From Eledone cirrhosa (lineage: Eukaryota), in NCBI GenBank assembly GCA_964016885.1, contig OZ024743.1:46996001-47060000 (forward strand): 64,000 nucleotides of DNA. Reading direction: 5' to 3'. A program made the translations under genes and the position numbers. The notes below the pieces were generated by a model. The model had not been told where the DNA came from, ran no database searches, and worked only from the letters and a program-made list of their open reading frames with translations. Shown here in pieces: positions 37,401 to 49,300 of this stretch (the stretch's first letter is position 1; the number at the start of each line of letters is the position of its first letter).

Positions 37401-39325
37401 AAAAGCTGTCAACATCTTCCACGGAGCCTCCTTTGCAGCTGACTCTATTTCACATGTGTTCAAACTATTTACTTCTGTACATCTGCTACATACAAAGTTT
37501 AACTTCTCCTTTAACCTGCCTCTATACTTATTTATATATTTATATCTCTCAAGCATTCAGTAAGCAGTAATATAATGTAACCAGAAAACTTTATATGAGG
37601 AGTTTCTAAGGGGGTTCATCTTGACCCCACCAGGATTAATGGATCTACCCAGAGGATTAACAGAATTTTTCAACCAAAACCTGACATTTGTTAAAGAAAT
37701 GAAAATACAGAAAATACAACTTGCTTATACATGTTTTTGATTTATATATAATTAGTCTTTATATTATGTTTACTGATTTATTTGTGTACATGCCTAGGGT
37801 TGATGAGAGGTCCATGAAGGAGTCGATGGTCCACGGGCCGGATCGAGTATTAATGAAGGATAGCGGGCCGGTCGAAAGCCATAAAAGAATAATTATGGAA
37901 AATTACACAAGCTAAAATTTAATCACGAGTGTTGTCTATACAATTCATTTCTCAAATTCTGGATTATATTCACAAATACCTCTGAAGCCTGTGGAAAATG
38001 CACATAATTTTTATTTTGAAGTTGATGTTCCCACAACTGTAGCTTTTTTTCAAAGGCAACAATATGGTTATACATTTCATTTACGAGCTGAGTTTTACCT
38101 TGAAGTTGTAAATTTAAGTTATTTAAATGAGTCACAATATCCACAATAAATGCCAAAGTTGTAACAGCAGACCTTTTATTGTATTAAGTCTCGTCTCTCT
38201 TATTACAATAAATTTAAATTTTAAATAAACAACTCATTGGGCATTAGTTCTCGCGGGCTGGTCAAAATCCCTTCATGGGCCAGATCCAGCCTGCAGGCTG
38301 TAGGTTGCCAACCTCTGGTCTAAACAGTTAAGGGAGCCCTGTGTTATATCATTCATTTCTTCAAGATGATGATGATAAATGACAACATCAGAACAGTGTC
38401 ATCATTTGAACTAATAACTCTTTCTACCATTTTATTTTAGATATTCTTATGGGCTGGGACAGCCCTCACTTCTTAAACAGCAATTCGGGTATGTAAATAC
38501 ACGAGGTGCACATTTATTTATGTAGCATAGATGCACAAATATTTAACACCACAATTGTTACTATCTATGACAGGATGTAGAACATAAGTTAAATGGTCAC
38601 GTTAATGTTCATGGTGTGCATTTGTTTGACAATGTAATTTATTCATTAATATCCACCTATGCAGAACACAGCACATACTAGAAGATTTAAGATAAGTTTA
38701 GTGGAGATAAGGAAATAGTTGAAAATGTCTTTACACTGCATTCTTTCCATAGCAAAGCTTGTAATTCTGTGATATCTATTCATATATTAAATGTATCTTA
38801 AATATTCTAATATAAACTGTTTTGCATATATATATGTATATATATATATATATATATACTAGCCGAATTACCCGTGCCTTGCTGTGTTTCACACATTTTT
38901 TTGCCATTGCCAAATTTTACTATAAAAGAGAGATACTTTTTTTGTTGATTTACGTTTAATTAATAGAAAACCCCGTGATAATAGAGGTTCCAAAACTCAA
39001 GTTATGAGCTTACAATATTTTCACTATAGGGGGTTTAACCCCCCATTAAGGTGTCTTAATATTATTGAAATTTGCTGAAATTTTGTGAATAGGCATCATA
39101 TCTTGTCATTTATCTATGGTTTAAATTTCATATAAATCGAACAGACAAAATTTTCAGCGGGGGTTTGTGCTTCCGGGGAAATCCCCTGGGAAACGCTTTG
39201 GTTAAAATGAAATATACTTATCCAAGTACCCTGGGCAATGTATTTCAGAATATATATGGTTATGGGGGTCTATCGCCAAAACCATAGGAGGAATTCGTGA
39301 ACAAACAAACAGACAGAAACTACAA

Positions 39326-39379
<54 letters not shown>

Positions 39380-41816
39380 AGCCATCGAAACGGTTTGAGC
39401 TCTGCTTCGGGGTCATACTTTTTCCTATATGTGTGTGTGTAGAGGTAGAACACTGGAAGGTAATATCCGTAGTAGTAGACCACTCATGAGTTAGGTAGAA
39501 GTGGTAACACAACAGTTAGTTCACCATACCGAGAACAATTGTTTCACCTTAGCGGATCTTCTGCTCGGACTAGTCATGGTTATACGGAATAGGAAGAATA
39601 ACCACATGAACACGCATGTGCAGAAATGGTCACTTCACCCAAGCAATACAATGCCACGGGAAAAAGGTGTAAGGGAGATAACTGCAAAAGTCCGAAAAGT
39701 AGTTCGAATTGGTAAGAAAATTAGAATGTTATTATTCAATCCGGATATTTGTAGTTATGTAAGAGGTGTTTCCAGAAATGTGGACAACGTGTGAAGATTT
39801 CATTTCTTGAGTTTAGGCAATCGCTATTGCATAATCTCCTTAGAATATTTATCCGTTCATCAATACACAGTACACAAGACGTATTGCCCCTTGTGTATGG
39901 TTTGGACTTAGTGATAGCTTTCCATTGAATGGAGTAGTCTATACTTGAGTCCTTGAGGGACCATACGTGGCTTGCGAGCTTCGTGGATGATCGTTTGTCC
40001 GGGTACCTAAAAGTTGACTGATGGTTCAGGAAGCATTCCTTAAATCGGTCCTCCGCCATACCCACATAGGATTTGACCTCCTGTAGTTCATTTGGTCGAT
40101 TGGAATGACCACAGCTTCATAAACTACAGTGGGTGTGTTACATTGCTGTTGAAGGGGACAAGCTTCAGGCTTTTGGCAAGAGCACCCTGGTGGGGTGCTG
40201 CTCTTAGGGCTGTTGGTGATGTGGGCCTTCATATTCTTAGCGCAGGAGTACCCTAGTTTTACTCTGTGTCTGTTAAAGATGGAGCGGTATTTGTGACCTA
40301 TGGGAAAGTGTCTATCTAAGAGAGCTAAAAAATGTTTTCCTACATTAGTTTTAACATTGAGTGAGAAGGGAGGAGAGAACCAGATAGTGTGTCTATTGTT
40401 GCGATTCCTTGTGAATCTAATTAAGTTTTCATTAAGCCACGGGATCATTTGACAGTGCTGACATATGCGACTTGGTTGGCCTATTTATTTTAGACATATT
40501 ACGTGTTAGATTCCCGGACTTCCACACAGGAATATACCGTGACGATGGCCTGACCTTATCGAGCCATAAAAGTGGTCAACCTCTACCGGTTTAAATAAGA
40601 CTTAACTTCTACCTTTAATGAGTTAGGACTTAGGATAACAGTAGCTACCAACCTCTCTAGCGTAGATTTCTTAGACATTAATTTAGACCTTCACACGCAT
40701 ACCTTCAGACCTTTCCATAAGCTTAACAAAACAATTGTTCTCGGTATGATGAACTAACTATTGTATTACCACTTCTATGTGTGTGTGTATATATATATAT
40801 ATATATAGTATTAGTTATACTATTTATGGTTATGTAAACACAAAACCTTAAGCAGTTGTAAGTATTTTACACACACCCTAAATAGTGGTAGGCAGTAATG
40901 TATTACTACCTTATTACCAGTAAGTTAAAAGTAGCTCAATGTAAGAACATCGGATGATTTACAGAGCAGTTATATGAAATATAAGAATCAAAGAACTGTT
41001 CAAAACATTATTGTGCTTACAGCTGTTTCCTCCAAACCGAGGTTTGGATTCTTCGGAGCAATTTATTAATGCATGGACAGTTATATGACCTCCTTTTCAG
41101 CCGAGAGACATACCAATACATATTCAAACATTGATACATATTCAAACATTGTGGGTCAACATTCATTACAGAATTTAGAGTGGCAGTACACACTTCGAGA
41201 TTATATTTCATATATTTCATATATATATATATATATATATTATTCAATTAATTACATTATCAAAAGAATGTATTTCAGGCATATTGGACTGAATATTTCA
41301 GTTATATTCTACAACAAGCTTGACATAAATAGTGACCACTATAAAGATCCCTCTGTATTCAGAAACATAGGGATAGTTATCTTCTGATGAAGAAACAATC
41401 ATCTCTGAAATATATAAAGACTGTATCCCTTACTTTAGCAAGGACAGAAGCAACCCAAACCAATGTGGCCGAGAATCAGTATGCAGGAGTTCTAATGAAA
41501 AAATAATTTAACCTAATAACAAATGCTTTGATAATCTAAAAGAGAGAAAGCACGCTTTGCTAACATCAATTTTTAACACCAATGTTTGTACATGTTATAT
41601 ATATACACCAGGTGTATATATAATAGGTGTATATATATACACCTGGTGTGCTTTTCAAATATCTTTTTATTGTTTTCCTCATATATATATATATATATAG
41701 ACACATCAAACTTTCTTCTATCTTTTCCATATAAAGTGTGAAACTAATAAGAGTTTTTGTACCTCTGTTTTGTTGTTTCCTTGAACTATATCTATATATA
41801 TATGCATATATGTATA

Positions 41817-41873
<57 letters not shown>

Positions 41874-41921
41874 ATATATATATGTGTATATATATATATA
41901 TATACATACATATACATATAT

Positions 41922-42000
<79 letters not shown>

Positions 42001-43394
42001 TGGTATCCTGTCATTAGCAGCCATTAAGCCCTTACTCCATAACATTGCAGCAGATTATGAATCACCTTTCTAATATAATATTCTCTATATTGTAGGAAAA
42101 ACAGTTCTTACTCCTTCTACAGCTACAAGTAAGTACTCTATTATACATAATCCTTCTTAAACTCTCTCCTACTTATTCCACATTAATAATCTACTGCAAA
42201 GTTACAATGCTAATGTAACTCTCAACATTTGAACTACAATTCTATTGCTATATATAACAGTAACAATACATGACAACCATTTTAAGGTCATCTTCCTTGC
42301 TAAGGTAAGGGTTAGGCTTGTGGGCCCCATCATAGACTTCATACTCATCTTTATGTTCCCCAAGAAGCTATTTTATGGCTAAATCCCCTTCCTGAAGCAA
42401 ACCCTATTTCTGTAAATAAATGGAACAATATTCCCCTCCATTGCATAAATCACACTAACAACAATACGTATAAATAATTGTTTCTACTTTTGGCACAAGG
42501 CCAGCAATTACCCAGTACATTACTGGTACTTTATTTTATCAACCCTGTAAGGATGAAAGGCAAAGTTAACCTTGACGATATTTGAACTCAGACAGTAAAG
42601 GGAGGTATAAATAATGTTTATATATACATATACTTTTTGTATGCATGTAAAATGTTTGTATGTGTGTACAGTGGTGATTGTATAATAGTTGTATGTATAG
42701 AGGTTGTATGCATGCATAGCGTATATATGTATATATGTATGCATAATGGCTATATGTATGGTTTTATGAATAGTGTGTGTATACACACACACATATATAT
42801 ATATATATTAATTCAAAATATTAATAAATATAGACATTCAATGTAATCAAAATATATTTTATTATATATATTTCGGAGGTATTGTGCTGTTTTTTCAGTA
42901 CGTCCTCATCAGATAAAATATATAAATCGATGTGTGACATACCTCAACTGTGTTGATGGTTCAATTCCAGTCTTGGCAGTGATTAATTACAACAAAACTC
43001 AATATTTATATACCATAAGTACTAACATGACAAACTAAATATAATGGAGAGGGTGAGTAGGAGAAAGTGTAGAAAAAAAAAAAAAATACATAAAAATAAT
43101 TACATAAACACATAAGTACATAAATGTTAAATATTTAAATATCCGTATTAGAGAAAGAAACCAAATGAGAGAGCGAGAGAGCTAAATAGAAGAGAAAGGG
43201 AAAAGATAAGGAGATGAAGATAAAAACAAAGAGAGGGAAATAGAGATGGTATAATATATAATTGCATAAGGAAAATATTTATTAATATTTTGAATTAATA
43301 TTAATAACTCCAGAAAACTTTTGCTGTTGAGTGCTTCTAATCTATTGTAAAACTATATTCAGTGATTAATCAGTGAACCTTGTTTAACTTTTGG

Positions 43395-43442
<48 letters not shown>

Positions 43443-46346
43443 CGCACCAGAGTACTCAAAACTATGGGTAGTAGAGTGGGTAATAGGAAAAGAGTCAAGA
43501 CCCCAACAGCTGAGCTCCGGCTGCTTCGACAGCTATAGTTTTGACAGCTATAGCGTTATATATATATATATATATAACGGATGTAAAACGGTGATGATGA
43601 TATATAATGTGTATATATATATATAATGTATGTGTATATATATATATATATACATTATATATTGATTGCACTGTTTGTACCCACACCTGTATATCATCAT
43701 CATCATCATTATCACCATTTAATGTCTATTTTTCCACGCTAGCATGAGTTAGATGAGTTGTCCCGTTGTGAGACAAGCCAGTTCAGATGGCCGTGTCTTG
43801 TTCATACAAAACTGATTTGCGCTTGGATTCTGTGGCTGGATGTCCTTCCTAACAACAACCACATTTACAGAGTGTACTGGGTGCTTTTTATCGTGACACC
43901 TACATGACCACTTTATAGTGTGGACTGGTGGCTGAGGTTGGGAAGGTGCATGGGGATTGGAGAGGTAGATATAGTGGGGTGTGTGAATGAAGGGTGGGGT
44001 GTTAGTAGGTAGAGGAATGTTAAGGTATGGAAGATGTATGGAAGGGGGAGGAGGTAAGGGAAAGTAGTGCATACTAGACGTATGCTTTAACCTGTGCACA
44101 TGGGAAAGCAGATCTGTATTATTGCATAATACCAGAGATCATGATCCTGTGTTATCACCATTGAGAGGTGTAATTGTGCAAGGTCCGCTTTTATCATCTC
44201 ATCCCAAGTCTTCCTAGGTCTTCCTACTCCATAACTTCCATCAACTTTGAGACCTCTGCATCTTTTTATACAGCTGTCATCCTTCATACGCATTACATGT
44301 CTATACCAAAGCAATCTCCTCTCTTGCACACTGCACCTATATATATATATATATGTAAAAAGTAAACAGAAATAACAAAACAAACAGCACAGTACGTGGA
44401 CGAAATATAATAGTTTAACATTTGAAATAGCAGGAAGAGAGTCTTAATGTTTCAGACACTAGTCCTTCATCAGAAGATAAATAGAAAGTAAAGAGTGATA
44501 AGAGGAAGGCACAGGGAAATATAAGAAAAAAAATGGGGAGAAAAAAACCCACACGAGCATATTCAGTTGGCCATCTTGGAGAGTGGCTGGTCAAGTGGTA
44601 TCTATATTATGTATTGATTGCATTATTTGTACCCTCATTTATATATATATATAAGTGAGGGTACAAATAGTGCAATCAACTCATAATATAGAAGTTAAAT
44701 ATATGTATTAGCAATTTGACTTATCTTCGCATTAACATTACTTTCATTAGACATAAACAAACAAACCTAATGGCTTCACATCTGAGAAGTTAGATGTTAA
44801 TACACATACACACACATGCACACATACTCACACATATATATACATATACACCAGCATATAATGTAACCTGATGCAAACTGCCCCCTTCCGTGTCTGGGAG
44901 TGATAACAACTAAGGGGTAGCTCTACATTCTCCACAGCTCCTGAACTACCAAACTGGAGCCTTGCCACTGGATGTAGTTTAATGTCATACCCAGGACATA
45001 TGATTTGGAGAATCTAGAAACACATATGAAAAGTTATTTTGTCTGGTGCTAAGACACTTTACAATAATGGGAAATCAAAAATATATTTTCTTAATTTTTC
45101 ATCTTTAAGAAGGCAATTAAAAAACTGAAAAATGATAATTTTATTAAAATTTATTTGTTTCGTAGACGGAGAAAGAGAAGAGCTGTGGTAACTTAGTGGT
45201 AAATACTTTCATCTCTCTACTTATAAATCCATATCCTATTGTCACCCTTCTCCTTCTACCTTAATATTATTTAGGGACTGTAGCTTGACAAACTAGGTTG
45301 GGTTGTATTCTGTTTTGTACTTCTTTTTCTGTGTTCAAATCACTCTGGGGGGAAAAAAATAGTCTTTCATCTCCCCAGAAGTTGATTTAAGTAGTATAAG
45401 TGAAGCAATAACTGTCAACTTGTCATCTTTTGTGTTTCTCCTTCCTCTCCCTTTAAAGATGTAGTGCCTCCCAATCATGGACTCACAAGATGAAGACATA
45501 CACCAATATAACAAGACCTAGGCACTGACAGCACTTCAATGTTGGATGCAGCTGGGTCGGTGTCTCAAGTGATATACTGTTGTACATTTATCCAACTATT
45601 TAACCTTTTTGTTATTATATCTCTAATGAAAAACACTGCCAATGATTTTCAAATAATTTTGAAAATAATAAAGAATTTTATAGGATTTAGTAAAATAACT
45701 AACTTCTCATTATCAAATTGGTGTTTAGAGTATAACTTAACCTTATAATGGAAGACTTTTAGGTAAATATAAACACTTTAAAAGAAACAGTTTTGTATCA
45801 TAAAATCTGAGGCAGTTTCATTTGGTTTAGTATCAAAAGGGTTAATTCTATTGCAAACATTGCTTTTCTATTTGTTTTTAACTCTTTAGCATTTTCATTA
45901 CTATATATATACTATTGTATTTTTGTGGTAAAGGCTTTATCTTACATAATTATATTATAATATCGAATCTACGAGATTTTGATGTTATTTATTTTGAGAA
46001 CAATACCTTAATATAAGTATGAGTGGCCAGTTATGGCTGGTTTGAACAGAAAACGGTGAGTGAATTCTGGCCAGATACGGCTGGTTTAAATGCTAAAGGG
46101 TTAAATAAAGTTAATATTTCTTATTAATATTATCTAAGAATATAAAAATGTCTCTATTCCAGCTACAACGTCGTCACCAACACGTGAGTATTACCCCACA
46201 TTGCAGCCCTCGTCTCAACATGTAAGTTGTTACATTTCTCTCAGCACAGAAGTAGTAGTAGTAGTAGTAGTAGTAGCAGTAGTAGTAGTAGCAGCAGCAG
46301 TAGCAGTAGTAGTAGTAGCAGAAGTAGTAGTAGTAGTAGTAGTAGT

Positions 46347-46387
<41 letters not shown>

Positions 46388-49300
46388 TAGTAGTATCCTT
46401 GCTTTTATTGGTCACATAGGCCCAAACATACAATAGAAGAGATATGATACAATATGAAAGAATTGCAAGTCATGTGGGACTGAACATCATCATTGTTTGA
46501 TGTCCATTTTCCTTGCTAGCATGGGTTAGACGAGTTATCCTGATGTTGTGTGACAAGTCAGAGCAGGTGACCATGTCTTGTTCATACAGAACTGTATATA
46601 CACACACAATGTGAGTGTATATGTATATATATATAATAGGAGTGTATATGTATATAGACAATATGCCCCCACCCCTCCCACTGCAAAGTGGTCGTGTAAA
46701 TGAGGTTGGTGTTAGGAAGGGCATCCAGCTGCAGAAATCAAGTCAGAATCAATTCCCGTATGAGCAAGACAAGGTCAGCCGACTGGACACTGCCCACAAC
46801 AGGACAACCCGTCTAACCCATGCTAGCGTGGAAGAACGGACATAAAATGGTGATGATGATGATGATGATGATGACTGAAGAAACTTAGTGAACACTCACT
46901 TTGCAGAAACATCATGGCTACATTTTAAAATTAATAATTCAACTTATTCCTTTCTATAAAATGGTAGTCATCACTGCCATGATAAAATGCAGAGGTATTC
47001 TGGAAACTATGTTGTAGCATCAACCATGGATTTTACCTGGGGAACCCTCATTAGCATTACTGCTTTCTACCACCTCTGTTCTTTTGCTGTTCCTCTTTTT
47101 CTGAGTAGAAGGCTCTGAAGTGACCTTTACTATCACATATATATAAACTAGGCTATCTATACTGCATCCCTAGTCTCGTTGATCTTCTCTCTGTTCTCAC
47201 AATGAGAGACAGTTCTGAGATGGTTTTCTAGGCATCAGGGACCAATAGGACCGCCATGAGCATATAAGCCCCACATAACTACATATTACAGATCACTCCT
47301 GGATGCACAAACAGCACATATTGTACTACAAAAAGGTGATAACAAACCATAAGTAGCACAATTTTAGCTGTAACACTTGTATAACTGTCACCAACCTGGG
47401 AGTAGGTGTGTAGTGTGTCAGCTTTACCTACCTCCTTGCCTGATTCTCCATCTTAAAGACCAGACATACTTCCATATGCCGTTCCCCTGTCAATGGGGCA
47501 TACATCCTGCAACACATTAGCCATTGCTTTCTCTAACTTCTTTTTTGAGAGCATATGGAAATTTCCATGTTTCTTCTGTTAAATCAAAACAGAGACATGC
47601 CTACATCACTTTCTCTTTCACCTGTTCCTGGATAAAATCATTGACCCAGGATGTTTAACCTTTAGTGACATATTCTGCATGCTTTCACCTTTTCCTTGGG
47701 TTAGTTTATGTTAAAAAGCTCCTTGTGACCCACAACACTTGTAAAAGATGAAATGTTATTGTTGCTGTCCATATTGTTTTTTCTATTTAAACTAATGTTT
47801 TCAACACTATTATTTCTTTGCATCTTCCATTGTATAACTAAGATTTAAAGCTTTAAGTTCTGTGTGTTTAATTATTTTCATTGTTATTTTTTTAATTCTG
47901 TTTAATACTTTGGAGGGTCATGTTTGTTTACGTTATTTGGGCTACTGCTATTCACACTTTGACAAGCATCTCTTCCTCTTACTCATAAGGTGGTGTCATT
48001 TTGCAATACAGGTAAATATTGCTAATGGCTATTTGTCTCAAAAGTAAACAAAGAGCTTTTAAATATCTAGTGAAAAACCTAGTACCATCAGAAGTAATGA
48101 GCTGAACCCTCAAACAAGCCAAAACTGGACTACCTTCCCATTTTCTTTTTCATCAGGCAATTTAGTTAAGATTACTTTTTAAAATTAGCTCTGACATCGA
48201 GGTTCATTTGCTTGAACACTTAATGAAAGAAACATAATTCTAAAACCAGACTATTGTTTCTTTGAAAGTAGTGTGAATTAATTGAAAGAACATTATTTCA
48301 ACACTGGACATAGCATTATTTCTATTGTTTCTGTGAAAATATAGTGAAATTATTTGAAGGAACATTATTTCAATACCAGATGTACCCAATAGCAGATACC
48401 CAGGATTTGAAGAAACATTATTTCAATACAATTACCCAGGATTTAAAGAATCATTATTTCAAAACCAGATGCACTGTCACCCACTGTCTCTTTGAAAGTT
48501 ATGTAGCAAGAATAAGAGAGAACTGGAATCACCTCTCAACTCAGTGAGAGTATTTAGTAATGATATAAAAATAGGATTTGGTATTTCCAAATGTGGAATC
48601 CTTGTGATGAAGAGAGGCAAATAGAATAAAAGAGATAAGAACCCAGAAGATACAAGAGATTGATGTAGATGGTGGATATAAATATCTGGAGGTTTTGGAA
48701 GCTGATGGTATAAAAGATGGATTAATGAAATCAAAATCAGGACAAAAGCGTAAAGATAATATTAAAAATCCAAACTCAATGGCATACATACTATCAGCGT
48801 CACAAGCTCAAGAACAGTATCCAAAGTCTGTCTAAAGATATCTAAAGTCTGTCTCAAGCCCAGAGGCTCATCAGGCCGGTGCTTATCCTGGTTTCTCTGG
48901 TGTTAAGTGACTGAGAATACAATCTCCCCTGGACAGGATGCCAGTCCATCTCAGGGTTAAAGCCCCAGCTGTTGCTGGTACTCATTTTCAGTTGAGTATA
49001 CTCAAGCAACCTGAAATGAAGTGTTTTGCTTAAGAACACAACACATAACCCAGACCAGGAATCAAACCCACAACATTATGATTGTAAGACCAACATCCTT
49101 ACCACTTGGCCACATGCCTCCACATCATTTGTTATAGTGCAGGAATAATAAAATGGTCAAAGGATGAACTTGAAAAGTTAGAGAAACAAGGAAGGTGACA
49201 CCTACAAACAAATGTCAACAGATTATATTTCAAGAGAAAAGAGGAAAAATGTGGACTGATAAGCATAGAAGACTGTGTGAGAAGAGGTAAAGAGGCAATA

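Noticed and set aside
45166-45198. Possible extra microexon after ttgtttcgtag
   Set aside because: In the required phase 1 it reaches TAA (NGEREELW*) and the available donors are out of phase. A poison or alternative terminal exon cannot be excluded without RNA data.
48855-48885. Minus-strand CTGATGA followed by a small hairpin in a SINE tail (also CTGATGA near 2432)
   Set aside because: No GAAA, stem III or stem I.
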